From Octopus vulgaris (Eukaryota): a stretch of DNA of 64,000 bases. The stretch covers positions 154,194,001-154,258,000 of the forward strand of contig OX597815.1 of the NCBI GenBank assembly GCA_951406725.2, given 5' to 3'. A program made the translations under genes and the position numbers. The notes beneath the pieces were generated by a model. It saw only the letters and a program-made list of their open reading frames with translations. It was not told the DNA's origin and ran no database searches. Positions 39,117-57,926 of the stretch are shown piece after piece (position 1 is the stretch's first letter; every line of letters begins with the position of its first letter).

Positions 39117-39626
39117 TTATACGTTGAAAATATGTGGAAAACATATATAAAAGGTGGAAGAGAGATGCCTCCGTTTCATATTGTTAAATGTCCTTTCATA
39201 AAGAAATTTCTAAATATATATACATATTTTTTAGATGTCATGATATGAAACCGGTTTTCACTATTTAAATTAGCTTTTCAAGGGACATTGGGATGTAGTC
39301 ATTTGTTGTGACAAAGGGGTCTTGCTATTTTGGATACTTGAAAAGTAAGAATAAAGGGAGGCAAGAGTTGGCAAGGAGGACCAGTAACTCCTCAGTATGG
39401 TTGTTGAAATAGGAATGTGTAAGGATCAGGTAGTCAAGTTTCTATATTAATGTGTGACAAAAGTACAGATCACACCTTAATATACAAACTTGAACCACCT
39501 GATCCTTACACGACATCCATAAAATATGTATATATATTAAACAATTTCTTTATAAAAAGATATTAAACTATGTGAAACGAAACCATTTTTCTTCCACTTT
39601 TTATATATGTTTTCCACATATTTTCA

Positions 39627-39669
<43 letters not shown>

Positions 39670-40700
39670 AATGCTGTAATGCCAGTATAGAAACCGGCCC
39701 ACGGGAGTCCAAATACTTGATTGTATGCTGAGACATTGTCTTAGCCCGTTTGCCTTCAGACGGTTGACTTCTGTAGTTATTATGAGTGTATTTTGGCAAT
39801 TTAAAAAAGAGTTATGACTGTTTTTTCCAGCAGGCAGACATACTGAATATGTAGTTTGATTACTTTTTAATCCTGGTCCTGCAATCGCCTATATTATTGA
39901 TTCCTTTATTGTCATTTTTATTGGTTACACTGGATAATGATAGAGTCAATAATTTCTTCAAATTTTTTTCTCCTGAATTATTTGCTCTCTTTTGAAATAT
40001 ATATATATATATTTAAGAAAAAGGCCGTAGTCAGAATTTTCGATAATACTTTGTTAGCTCTTTTGTTTCATACATAGAGTCTTCTCAGATATAGGTTTTA
40101 CAGAAAATTCTTTTGACTTTATATATAAATCTGGAAGGAGATGTGTCTTTGTTTTGCTTTGCTATCTTTATGTGTGTTCACATAGAAAAACAGAAAAAGA
40201 GAAAAGAGGGGAAAAGGGAAGAGAAAAAGAAAGAGAGGTAGTCAGAAAGGATAGAAAAGAGTAAGCACGTTTAGATACAATGAAGGCAAGACAATTATTT
40301 TATGAATCTTACCAAAACTGCATAGCTGTGTTGATATTATAAAAGATGAGGAGGAGGGGCTAAATGACAATACTGATATTCATACAGGAAAGATGGAGTT
40401 TCTAGGTCTGTAATAATTTTTGCAATTGAATGCCTTTCTTTCTGTTTTCCACTTTTTTTGCTCCTCTCTTTTTCGCTCTTTTTTCTTTTCCTCTTTTTCG
40501 CTCTTTTTTCTTTTCCACTTTTTCTATATAAACACACATATAGATAACAAAGCAAAAGAAAAACACATCCTTTTCCGGATTTGTATAAATATCAAAGATA
40601 TTTTCTGTAAAAATAATATTTGAGGCGTCTCCATGAATGAGACGAAACGCCAACAAAGACTTATCTAAAATTCAGACTACCTCTTTTTTGCTCAATATAT
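39117..40700. repeat. Series of diverged inverted repeats (39117-39240/39510-39630; hairpin 39417-39510; ~40015-40250/40430-40690), probably PLE-derived
   Basis: Reverse-complement matches read by eye; decayed GTCTC..GAGAC-GAAAC motif near 40627-40650. Confidence 0.65.
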
Positions 40701-40807
40701 AAAATCTTTGTCTCATTCCAAACAATCTACACACATACACACAAACATATATATAGACACAAGTATACATATATATATTTTATATATATATATATATACA
40801 TATTTAT

Positions 40808-40864
<57 letters not shown>

Positions 40865-41290
40865 TGTATGTATATATCGGGGTGTGTAAGTGTATGTGTG
40901 TGTATATGTACTGTGTATGCGTGTGTGCATGTGTATGTGTCTGAGCTTGATTTTGCGCCCTACTAACACTTAACAACCGGTGTTGGTGTGTTTACGTCCC
41001 CGCAAATAGCGGTTCGGCAAAAGGGTCCGAAGAAATAAGTGCCACTCTTACAAATTAAGAACTGGCGTTGCGTTGCTCGACTAAACACTTCAGTCCAATA
41101 GCTGAAACAAGTATAAAGATATATGTGTGTATGTGTGTGTCTTTGTGTGTGTCTTTGGATTCACAAAGGTAGTGCACCAGCATGAACGCCGCTTCCAAGC
41201 TAAAATTAGCTCAGGAGTTATATGTGTGTGTGTGTATGTATATACTTATATACATATACGCACTTATATATACATATAGAAGCATGCATG

Positions 41291-41337
<47 letters not shown>

Positions 41338-41374
41338 TCCTCTACACACAGACACACATACACGTATATATAAA

Positions 41375-44735
<3,361 letters not shown>

Positions 44736-45016
44736 ATGTCTGTGTGCGTGCGTGCGCACATATGTAATTGTACATATTTATATATTAATAACAGTTATTA
44801 GCTTAAAGATAAGCTTGAAGATTATAAGCGTTCACCTTTTATCGACTAGAGAGAATAGGCTATTATTGGAGCATATACGCCCTCGGCAACGTAGAATACG
44901 CATATATATATATATATATATATATATCACAACAGATGAATTGTGGTTCACTACAGCTGTTTTGATGAATAGAAGTTCGTATGTATGCATGTGCGCATAT
45001 TTGTGTATGTGTTATT

Positions 45017-45085
<69 letters not shown>

Positions 45086-45768
45086 TATTTGATATGGACC
45101 AGTAAATATGTCAATTTATGAGTAAGTAGATATGTCATTATATATTTCCCTATGTATGCATATAAAAGCCAGTTCCTCGGGCTTTCCATTTTTATTACTT
45201 TTTAATCGAGTTTGGGTTTGGAACTCGGTCGTCAAACTGAAAATAAAAATACAACTCGTCTTATTTATAATTCTTTATAAGGTAGAGCGTGATAGTACAC
45301 TTCTCCTCTCTTCCGCAATTCTCCCTCCTGTATAATTCTCTTCCGTTCCACTCCCCGCTCCACGGATCTAACGGTTTTCTCATTAAAAACTACATCCTAG
45401 CAATGACCGAATTTTAGTCAGAAGGTGCAAAAGGGTATTTTTGACTTGGTATTGACATGTTCAAAATGTTAAATTCTTACATGTACTCATCTGATGAAAA
45501 CGTTTTTTTTTTCTCAGGATGTAACACATAAAAAAAAAAATCAAGAAAGGACGTAACACATCAAAAGCATCAAAAAAATTGAAACAAATGTAGCGAATCA
45601 CAATCGATCTGTTGTTATTTGCTTATCATTCACCTAACTCGGAACTTGCAATTCGCTTGGATCTGAAGTCTATTGAGAGCAGTACAATGGGTGTACTGTT
45701 TGTATGCACGTGTGACCCTGAGGAACCTTATGATTGTTCGCATAACCGGAGTAGAAATCCGTGTTTAC

Positions 45769-45867
45769 CTTAGTAAGTACGTATTTGTCTTCATACATTG
45801 CTTCACACGATAGCGATATCGCCGATCCGACCTTGGTACATTACTAAGTAATTTATTCACTTGAATC
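45769..45867 (-). CDS. Weak candidate exon (99 nt, phase 2-2)
   Basis: aatttcag acceptor, AAG|gtaaac donor, open frame IQVNKLLSNVPRSDRRYRYRVKQCMKTNTYLL. Confidence 0.15.
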
Positions 45868-45874
45868 CTGAAAT

Positions 45875-46497
45875 TTATATGCCAAACAAATTGAAGGAGG
45901 GAATAATATACCCAATCCATAAAGGAGGAAACAGAGCAGATGCCCAAAACTATAGGCTTATCACTTTGACTTCACACATCAGCAAAGTCATGGAACGGAT
46001 AGTCAGGGGAAAACTAATCGCATTCCTTGAAGAAGACAACTTGCTGAGTGCTACCCAGCATTGCTTTCGACCAGGTAGGAGCTGCCTGACTCAGCTCTTA
46101 CGGCACTATGACTGGGCGTCGAGGCAGTTACTCAACAACTCAAATGTGGACGTAATACACCTTGACTTTGCAAAAGTTTTTGATAAAGTGGGTCATAGTA
46201 TGACATGCCACAAACTGCATGATCTTGGCATAGCTAGAAAACTTTGAGAGTGATTGCATGACTTTCTGAAAGATATAAGTCAGGCAGTAGTGGCCAATGG
46301 AGCCACCTCAATGAAAACAAAAATAATGACCGGTTTTCCACAGGGCACTGTCTTAGGAACACTGTTTTTCATAGTGGCCTTCTCAGATATGTCCTTAGCT
46401 GCCCGGATAACCACACTTACTAGCTACGCACACGATACAAAAGTCTCGCAGAAAATACAGAACCCCAGCGATGTTGCAAACCTGCATCAGGAGTTAA
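45875..46497 (+). mobile_element. CR1-like LINE reverse transcriptase fragment
   Basis: PIHKGG..NYRLITLTS..KVMERIV, QHCFRPGRSCLTQL, DVIHLDFAKVFDKV, GFPQGTVLG and SYAHDTK (decayed YADD). Confidence 0.85.
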
Positions 46498-46767
46498 ACT
46501 CTGAAAGTCATACTTGTTTGTCCAATATAGTTGTGTCCGCAACCCGAGCAGGTTATTACAAAGATTAGGGTCTCAGAGGCACAAGTGAAACTAGTTTTAA
46601 TCGTGAACATCTGTCCTTGTTTGAAAAACCGAAAGCTGAACAACGATAACCAATTACCATTCCTTATTTATCTACTTGTAAAGCCATTCACTCGTGAATA
46701 TGATCACACACAACATGGACAAAATTTCTTTTTAAGAAAAAATATATAGTCAAATAAGTAAAACATA

Positions 46768-46802
46768 ATATCATGAATAGCGATATCGAAACCGGTCGAT
46801 AT
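46768..46802 (+). ncRNA. Degenerate hammerhead-like motif
   Basis: ATATC-ATGAATA-GCGATATC-GAA-ACCGGT-C-GATAT. Stems I and III are intact; the core is mutated. Confidence 0.35.
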
Positions 46803-47689
46803 ATTAAAAATTATATTAAAACTATGTAAGTGAGCGTATTTTCCTTTTTAAATTTCTTATATACATTACAATTCACAAAGTGGGGATAATCGAAATTCCT
46901 CCTTTCTGTTACTACTATATATATATGTGTGTGCGTGTGTGTTTTTGTGTGCGTGCGTCTTTTAGCATCACAATGATTGATTATATAAAAATCTTGCTAC
47001 GTTTCTTAGACAAAAAGTAAACGAACATCACAATAACATTCTGCAACAACCACGCGGGACTGGTTTCAAACTCTTTCTCCCGTATTATCCCTTTGAGTGT
47101 CAACTATTTTACTAGCTGAATGCATTTCTTTTAAATTAACGATATAAATATTTATCTTAGCAGTGATTTATGTCGCTTTGTAAATGTTTTACGTGAATCA
47201 AGGAAAATAAATTTTCAGTCTTATCATATACACATAATATATTATATAAACGACTCACGCTGTCAAATATATTAAGAAAAATGTCCTACATTGATTCTTC
47301 CTAGAAAAGTACCAAACCCCAATGAATAAGATATAAATGGTGAATAATTTCTTATATAGTGTTTATTCTAGTCTCGTGATTATGTAAGAAATTTGGCTTC
47401 TGTTTAAGCGAATCAATTGAGAAAACAGATTCTGCGATCTCTGTTCAAATAACTGAATATGTTTTTGTTGTTCTTTAGCTCCAGATCTGATATAATCAGA
47501 CTTATGATCAAAGTGTTTCCAGCCCTCAGCATCTGATACACAGGCACACACGGCGCACATATACGTGATTGTGTATCTATCCGTTTATGTGCGTATAGAT
47601 ACAGATATCACTACATGCAAACACATAACAACACACACATATTCATACGCACATGCATCTATGCATGCATCCATCCATACATCCAACTT

Positions 47690-47918
47690 GGTTTCTATGT
47701 GTTCCCCGCAGCTGAACGAGATGCCAGTCCATCGCAGCGTTACTCAGGAAATAGGAAGAAAGTGTGAGAGACAGTTGGGGCGAAAGAGTAAAACAGGAGC
47801 CTCGTGGAGCTTTATGTGTTTTCGCTCAAAAAACACACACGACGCCCGGCCCGGGAATCGAAACCGCGATCCTCCGACCGCGAGTCCCCTGCCCTAACCA
47901 CTGGGCCATTGCGTTTCC
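47690..47918 (-). mobile_element. tRNA-derived SINE with a V-domain-like segment
   Basis: Head as in family D; CTGCGATGGACTGGCATC resembles the V-SINE central domain. Confidence 0.65.
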
Positions 47919-47929
47919 ATACACACAGG

Positions 47930-47978
<49 letters not shown>

Positions 47979-48705
47979 GTGTGTGTGTGTAACACACATA
48001 ATATAGCCGGTTTGCAGTTAAAGATGAGATGGATGTCTTTGAGATTCTATTACTGGCAATATACACACAAACACACACATACATACATGTGTATGTGTGT
48101 GCGTGTGTATGTGTGTGTGTGTTTGCTTTCTTTTTATGAATACAGTAGGTGTAATTTTATGAAATTTGGTTGCAGTGTCTATTAACTTGAATGACAGCAT
48201 AAGTAACCATCTGGAGTTCATAAATGGTCATATAGTAGAAGCTAATACTAACTGATACGCAATTCTTATGGAAATTAATCGTTAGTTTGGGTTTAATGCA
48301 ATGAATATCAAAAGCTAATTAAAAATTCGTGTAATGTGCGCAAACGACAATATTACTTCTATGATAAACATCATTTTAATCATTATGCGCGAGAGACATC
48401 TTAGATCATGTTTATAATTCATTAGATCTCCTCTGCGAAGTATAGATTTCACGTAATTGGCCAAGTATTGATAAGAGATGCGTGACGCAGATGTACAATA
48501 ATGTACATGGACGTGAAGGGAAAATATATTAAGAAAATAAGGTGATAAACGTTTATGTATTTGTTTTACCAGTCACCTGATGTGAAACCGTGTTCAATCA
48601 GATATTGTTATATTTTGGGACGGTCATTTTTTTTTTGCCAAATAATCACACGCACTATATATTCGTTCTTCACTTGTTTTATTGTTCTCTAGAGAATGGA
48701 CTCAC

Positions 48706-48773
48706 CAGAATAGGAGGAGGCATAAGGAATGGAGAGTCGCTGAAGAGGTCACATGATGTGCGACGAAAGATTT
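48706..48773 (-). CDS. Candidate 68-nt exon
   Basis: ttcttattttatgtccattatctag acceptor and consensus CTG|gtgagt donor; two frames are open. Confidence 0.35.
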
Positions 48774-49138
48774 CTAGATAATGGACATAAAATAAGAAGG
48801 ATAATAAAGAAGTCAGGAAAGAATATATAGTTCGTGTGTTTATTTGGCAAGAAAAAAATTGGTTATCCCGAAATATAACAAATTGATAAACCACTGACGG
48901 AAAGTACTTAGTATTGTCATCGGCATGAATAAACAACTGTGTTATATTTAATGCAATGAGCATCAAAATGTTAAATACAGTAGGCGTTATTTCAAACACG
49001 AGATAGACACCTCAGAAACTTATTGTCATTCATTTTAATACCCAAATCTAAATTGACATTGAGATTTAAACTTAAAACAAAAATATCTGAATTTAGATTT
49101 TATTAAAATATACACCTTGGATGCAAACACACGCATGC

Positions 49139-49179
<41 letters not shown>

Positions 49180-49519
49180 ATGCGCACGCACACACGTCTC
49201 TGACCAAATGACGTGTTATCTCTTCACTCGGACATATCTCACACATCTGCAGTTATCTCTGTTGCTAAGAGCTGTTTGATTTTATTCTAACTGCTTCGCA
49301 GTTCACCTCACTCAATTAGTTGCCTTCCTTTCGTTTAATGTATTGTGTCCCCTTCACAACTCTTTCCTTAATTATTCTTCTGACTCCTTCTGTTCAGAAT
49401 TTACGTTTTCTGGGATTCCACCACAACCCATCTTTATGTTTTTCGGAACAAAAGTTAAAAGAGAATATCAGTCTTCCTCTCGCGGAGAGCCACCGAAGAT
49501 TGGAAACAGAGGAACTTAC

Positions 49520-49638
49520 CCCAGATCGATACTTTAATAATAATAATAATAATAATAATAGTGATAAAAACCAGAACAACAACAAAAACACCACCAACAA
49601 CAACAACATCAAAAACAACACAATGGCAATAGGAATGG
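49520..49638 (-). CDS. Candidate 119-nt exon encoding a long hydrophobic segment
   Basis: ttttggcttttatccag acceptor, consensus GGG|gtaagt donor; AIPIAIVLFLMLLLLVVFLLLFWFLSLLLLLLLLLKYRSG, partly from TTG/TTA repeats. Confidence 0.35.
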
Positions 49639-50165
49639 CTGGATAAAAGCCAAAATCTACTCGTTGTGTCGAATAGTCTAGGGAATTCCAATAAATAGAA
49701 TAACATTTGACAGGTTCTAAAATGGTTTTATAACTTACTTCAGCTTCAAAATTGGTTGAAAAGTCATCAAAGTATCTGGATTTTATTGAATGTAAATAAA
49801 GTCGAAAGGAATCAGTGAACAAGCAAGAGAATAAAATGAAAATAATACTCAGACTATTTTTTTCTGCTGCAACAATTAATATATTTAAACAGTGAAAAAT
49901 ACTTCACTGCCATATAATTGATCAAAGCAACGACGTTATTTTATAACATATTCTCGGCGCCTACGTCTTCTCGTTGATCACATTAACACATACACACAGC
50001 TACTACGCGCACGTATTTACATCACTTTTAATTATAGACATAATCTCTTAAATCTATTCACGAACAATACATTAACTTAGTTATACATTCACTAAGACAA
50101 ATATTCGAGAAAACACACACGTATAGATACAACGTACAAATGAGTACACACACACAAACACCCAT

Positions 50166-50231
<66 letters not shown>

Positions 50232-50955
50232 GGGGTTCTTAAGTGACAATCAGGAAGAGAGTGCTCAATACGTATTAGGGAGCAGTAGTTTATTAGACCA
50301 GTGTCCTGGTACACTGAAGTTTCGAGTTGCCCAGTTTGACTCGATCCAAGAAGCAGTAGCATTCCAAAGAGACATATAGGGAACAGGTCACAGAACCGGT
50401 CTAAAAAAAACTACACACACGCATACACGCACGCACGCACGCACGCACGCACTCACGCATAAACACACACATACATAGATACACAGGCACGTATATTCAT
50501 ACATGTAAATACATACATACAGATGTGTCTACTTACGTATTTGTAGATGAGTGTCTGAATCCATATCCTTTCATTCATTTCAATTAGTTATTTTAGTAAC
50601 TGGACTGCAGTCACTTTTGTATACCTCCTTGAACTTTTTATTTGATCAAATCACCTGATGCTTATTCTGGCGAACCTCGGTTGTCAAACGCAACGTGACA
50701 AACAAAGCACAAAGACGCATGCACACGCATGCACATGCGCATCCACAAGGATATATGACGTATCTTGAGATATTACTTCTTGATGAAGTCTTAGAGGTGT
50801 CATTGTGACATTCGAGTGTCGGATATTCTTAGACATAATACAGAGCACATCCCTCTCGAAGTCCCATCACAGAAAGAGAAAATGAATGGGACAAAGAAAT
50901 CGAGACGAAAGAGTAAACTCTTATTCCTATCTCTCTCTTTCTCTCTGTCCCTCTT

Positions 50956-51001
<46 letters not shown>

Positions 51002-51002
51002 C

Positions 51003-51999
<997 letters not shown>

Positions 52000-53123
52000 G
52001 AGAGTAGATACGGATTATATATACAGGCAGATATCGTTCAACAAACACTCACATTATGGCTAAACTCAACAAGTGGTAAGTGATACCAAGGATTATCTGA
52101 GATAAGCAATCTCAATGTTTTTCATCCAATGGACAGAATCTGGGTTCACGTGATTGGATTATTAATAATTTCTCGAATGTATATCCAATTGCAATGAATA
52201 CGAAGAATAATACATCTGCACATTTTTAAAATTTATTTTTACAGTCACTTATAGAACATATGTAAGTTAACTCTGTCCGACGCACGTTTCTGCTGCTAGA
52301 TATCTCGCAATTGCATATGCACCCAGTTTCATTCATCTGGTTAAGAGTCTTTGCAATGTTATTCAAAGTTTAGCAACTGCCGTTGTGTGAAGTAACCTAA
52401 AGGTATGTTGGTTTAGCTAAAATTATATTTGGTAGGGGAGTATAAATTTTGTATGCAAAGAATAAGAGAGGAACATTTGGAAACCTGATACGGCTATGAG
52501 AACGGTTATCATGCTGACACTATAAAGAACGTATGTTTGAATTTCGAATTATGAATACTGGATCCTAAATTAAATCAGAGAATATTTCTTCTATTGGCTT
52601 TAAATGAATTACAAATTAATGACTTTCAGAGATATTTGTGCACAGTTACGGATCACTAAATCAGATCTAATTTAGAGACAAGAGATATGTAGAACTTACT
52701 TATCTATATATGTCTATCTATACATACACACACACATATCTATATGTATAAAATAGACTGCTTTATTTTGAGATTGCTAATGTTAACAATACTCGCAAAT
52801 AAAATAAAGACTGGAGTTGTAGTGCTCCAAGTGAGCTATGTTCCGCTTAATAATCTGAATGGAGGCAATACAAGCAGAAACTAGAGGAACATATTCAAAA
52901 TCAAATATATACATATATTCTTCAACGTTTATAAAACGGATATAAAAATTGTAAATATATAAATAAAAAAATACATATGAATAGATAAATGTCGATATAT
53001 GAAACGCAGTGAATATTAGATTTAAAAGTTATAATACAATGGTATAATAAAAATATGATATGATAAAACATTAAAAGGACGTATTAAAATACTATGAGAG
53101 AATATTACAAAATTTAAAAAATC

Positions 53124-53206
53124 CATCTACGGGCCCGTTTCAGAGATGTTCCAAATAATATGATATATTTCATATTTTTAAAACTGACACTACCCTCATC
53201 AGGGTG
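53124..53206 (-). ncRNA. Type I hammerhead in the 3' pLTR of the adjacent Penelope-like element
   Basis: CACC-CTGATGA-GGGTAGTGT...ACATCTCT-GAA-ACGGGCCCGT-A-GATG. Palindromic stem III; downstream of and on the same strand as the GIY-YIG ORF. Confidence 0.7.
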
Positions 53207-53328
53207 TTTTAACACAGTACAGAAAAAAATACAGAAATACAATTATACAATTATATACCAGCCACTCAAACATTTCGACATTTCGCTCATCACCTTTATA
53301 GTTATCTAATATTACCTAATTAGCATAT

Positions 53329-53657
53329 GTGAGGGCGCGTGGCTTAGTGGTTAGGGCATTCGGCTCATGATCGTAAGGTTGTGAGTTCGATTCCCGGCGA
53401 CGCGTTGTGTCCTTGAGCAACACACTTTATTTCACGTTGCTCCAGTCCACTCAGCTGGCAAAAATGAGTTGTACTTGTATTTCAAAGGGTCAGCCTTTGT
53501 CACTCTCTGTGTCACGCTGATTATCCCCGAGAACTACGTTAAGGGTACACGTGTCTGTGGAATGCTCAGCCATTTGCACGTTAATTTCACGAGCAAGCTG
53601 TTCCGTTGATTGTATCAGCTGGGACCCTCGTCGTCGTAACCGGCGGAGTCTTTTAAG
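53329..53657 (+). mobile_element. Complete tRNA/CORE-like SINE family B with an 11-bp TSD
   Basis: A/B boxes and TTGTGTCCTTGAGCAA; TSD AATTAGCATAT at 53318-53328 and 53658-53668. Confidence 0.9.
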
Positions 53658-53939
53658 AATTAGCATATAATCAGAAGACTATGGTAAAGGCAAGTGCTAA
53701 ATTCAACCCAGACTAACCCATTATTGCACTTTAATTTTATTTTCATGTTTGTATTAAATTAGTTATCTAAGTTCAAATCATACCCATTACACTATTGCAG
53801 CCTTATACTATATCAATTGTTATTTTTTAATTATTTAATTATTATATTATGTTTTAATTATATTTTAATTTTTATTATTATTATTTCTAATTTTTATTTT
53901 TATTTTTATTTTTAAATTTCTTCAAGAACGTAGGGTGGA

Positions 53940-54830
53940 TCCTATGTGTACAAGCTGGTATTGCATCAGTAAATTTCTTCAACATAGCATAGTTTTCAAT
54001 ATAAAGTATGCTTCCCTGGTGCACAAACCACATCTAGTGTATCCGATTCCATATAGAGGGGCGTGTGCAAGGGTAGACCACGATAATTTGAATGTAATAT
54101 TCTTTTCCTTAAGGTCATTTACATGTGATTCCAATGTCGTAGATGTCCTATATTTAGGATCGTTAAAAGAACTTAGGTGGTTTCGGCACCTCTGCTTGAA
54201 TTCTATCGAAATACCCATATATATTTTTCTGTGGCCATTTTGCATTTCAACGCTACATTTATGAATAACATTATCCTGGCAACAATTTCCACTAATGGGA
54301 CATCTTAGAGGGTCCCTACAATTACACTTTTTGCGCCCTTTATGGGGTCTACTGCTAGCATTATTCAGCATACCAATTGCTTCCGTCCTTCCAATGCTGA
54401 GATCCACAGTATTAATTGTACTTTAACTCATGCCAATTTCAGGTTTATTTATTTTATTATTATTATTATTCATATTACCATTTGTATTATTAGCCATTCT
54501 TATTCTTCTTTCATATTCAATTACACAAGGTGAGCTATTTCTATTACTTTATCATCAGTGCCATTAATGAACTTCTCATTACCAGATTTAATGTTCTTAC
54601 CAAAATTATTATTATCATTTCTATCATTACGATAAAATATTTTATTCCTGTTCATTGAAGTGATAATAGACCCGAGATTTGGAGTGACCGAATAAGCTAG
54701 CTTTATTGATTTATTGCATATTGTGTAATGTTTATGATGTTTTGGGAAGTTTTCTTTCAATAATTTAAAGAATAATCTTGGTCGACCTTTCACTCTTAGT
54801 GAAAAGGGTGGGTCGAATCAAATAGCCTGA
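53940..54830 (-). mobile_element. Penelope-like element 3' ORF remnant (post-RT linker and GIY-YIG endonuclease)
   Basis: FDPPFS..ENFPKHH..KLAYS.TPN linker; CNCR..CPISGNC..NVIH..IYMG..FKQR..NH..L.W..CGLCTRE. Confidence 0.85.
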
Positions 54831-55303
54831 CGAACCCTAGATTTGGTATTAAAAGAGGGCTTACAATATTTTGTTTGACTTAGTTTGCCATATGTAAAGC
54901 TATTAACGTTTTTACTCTTATTCATATTTATATTTTTATTTTCATATTTACTTCCACCTTCATTTGACTTAACTCTATAATTCTGTTCATATTTATAATG
55001 TGTGCATGAATACACACATATATAAAAGTAACGTTATGTATACTAATCGAATATAAAAACAATTCAAGGGTCGCACAGAAATACCTATATAAATAAAGTT
55101 TGAGCGTGTGTGTATGTGTGTGTGTGTGTGTGTTTGTGTGAGTGTGTGTGAATTAAAGTAATGTTACACAGCTAATTGAATATGAAAGACTCCAGGCACA
55201 AATACATTAAAATAATCATATATAATACATCCAAGATACGCTCATGTTTCTGGTTGTAGCTGCTTATTATGACATAGAGAATATTCTTCGATAGAATATA
55301 ATC

Positions 55304-55358
<55 letters not shown>

Positions 55359-56007
55359 CTGTTAAATGCTATACTGAAAGTAAAATATTGTGTTGAAAAT
55401 ATGTGAACTGAAATCTGCTTCCTTTACGACGATATAATGTTAACAAAATCGTTAACAAATACAGATAAAGTATGCAGAATAAGATGCCTCGCAAAGAAAG
55501 AACACTTCTTCCGTGAGAACTTTACAGCTGAATCAAATGAAAAAAAAAGGTCTTGCAGAGGCGTTAAAAAATGCATAACACGCCAACACTAACGGAAATT
55601 CAACTAGATCGAGAGGCAAGTCGAACGAACATTAGGAAAAGTTGGATAAGAAATATAGCGAAACAAAAAATAGCAGCTCATGGGAGGTCCAAGTTAGTCA
55701 AAAAGTGCTGCAAGCAACTGAAAATTCCTCGGTATATGTTAGCGTGTTACATAGATTCTTGCTCCCCTACTGGCCAGTACCCATAAGTTATGGTGTATGT
55801 GTGAGTGTGCGTGCGTGTGAAAGTGCGCGCGTGCGTAGCATATGTGTGCATGTGTGCGCGTGTGTGTTTACTTTTTCATCTGTTGGTGACAATTCTGATC
55901 GAGTTTCATGAGCACCGTCGTGATGAAAATCGTGTCTTAAACATTTTAAATAGCGTGGATCCCATCACTCACCAGGTTCCTTTCAGAGAGAAAGTGTGCT
56001 GATGTGC

Positions 56008-56065
<58 letters not shown>

Positions 56066-56990
56066 TTTTATATAGAGAGAAAATTTTTATAGAGCCACCT
56101 ATGCAATGAGAGACAAAGTAGACTTCGGTATTATTTTAACTCAGATCGCAAGAAAGCTGGAATGTATTACACAATCTATCAGAAGCTGCACGCTCTAAAT
56201 ATTCTGCCTTCGATGCACCGTAAAACTAATTCTCTACTGAGCACAGGCCGAATCGATAATTAGCTTAAACATTACTGGAGAAAAGAGCAACAGTTCAACT
56301 CCATTGTACCGCTTAAGTGTCAAAATTGTAATTTACCCCGTGAAAGTTAAGTAGACTGTTAATAATACATCTTAGAACAAACAATTTGACTGTTATACCC
56401 AACATTACCAATTCCACTAAAGGATAATAAGTCTTTAGCGCCAATTGAAGTATTTCAGGAATATTAGCATTATTTCTCATATTTATAACTGTGAATAGAA
56501 GGGCGACTTCGGAAGAATTTAAATGGAACACCTTAATCTGAGTATTTAAATCTGCGTTCTAAAGTATTTACCAACATAGTACCTTTATGAGTTGCGTAAA
56601 CGGTATGTTGCTGTTTTAACTTGCTGCACTTAGGCGACTCATGTGATTCACGTTTGAAAGGGATAGGCAAAATATCAGACTGACGTACACTGGATAAACT
56701 ACATGCAATTTCACACTTAAATTCTCAAATCACTAGATTGTGATATATCTTGCTATATAAAATGTTATCTATACGCAATACTACAAATATTCTAACACTA
56801 ACATACAGAGAAAATGTGCACACTTACAAAGCACACACACACATACACACGCACACACACACATACACACACATACACACATACACACACACATATATAT
56901 ATATACATATACATACATATATACATACATATATACATACATATATACATACATATATATACACACATACATATATATATATATATATTA

Positions 56991-57816
56991 TCTACTACAT
57001 ATGAGGGAAATTCTGACTGTAGGTATGTTTGTGCAGTTGTTAGCTAACTCCTCTTACATCGTTTTATTGATTTTGATGAAACTTGACACGTGAGTAGAAC
57101 TCATGTCTGGAAACCTCATGGCATACTCAGATTGTTAAAAAATCGATAATAGGGTTCATGGAAGGGATCCTTATATAGAGCCATTCATTTTGCTACATTA
57201 TTTGGTATAGATCAAATTGAGCATTCTTATTTCTTAGTATTTGAACTGATAGAGTTATTCTAACAATTTATCCAGTAAACCCTTAAACAAGTAAATACTA
57301 TTTTCCTAAACAATAGATCCACTTATTTCATTTAGTGACTTATTCACGAATATACCAGCACTAGCGCCCCTGAGGGTAATATTCTCTGGGAACGCACAAA
57401 AGTCCTTTTCAGGGTTATTTATCTTGAATTGTTATCATCTCATAGTTGATTAGCCTGTTATTACGTAACATGCTTCACGATTTTAGTATACCTTATTAGT
57501 ATTTCCTCCTATGTTCTATATACTATGAAAACGCATTAAAGCCTTTTATGGGGTTACTTTATTTGAATTCTCTCTATCGGGTAACTAATTTCATGTTATT
57601 ATATAACTGACTTCACATTTTGGGTATTCATAACTGATTGGGAATTTCTTAAAACAAGATCCCGTGTAAGACAGTACGGTATTCTCTGTAAATGCACAAA
57701 AACCGTTTTAAGTCTACATACTTTGTGTTGTTTTTACTGGATTAGCGAAACAACTATGAGAACGGAATCAAGAGATAAGCCCCGCTTTCCCGGGATATAT
57801 CGGGTACGTCAGCTAG
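56991..57816 (+). mobile_element. Non-autonomous Helitron
   Basis: A|TC 5' end, 3' CCCG..CGGG hairpin followed by CTAG|T. Confidence 0.75.
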
Positions 57817-57926
57817 TACATGTATATATATATATATATATATAACAATTGCAGCGTGGAAGGTGTTTATAAGCCATTTAAGAAATACACAAAAGCCGTT
57901 CGATTCACTTCAACATTTAAGTTTAA

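Noticed and set aside
48735-48780. CTGAAGA..GTC..GAC-GAAA hammerhead-like match
   Set aside because: Stem I does not pair, so it is likely chance.
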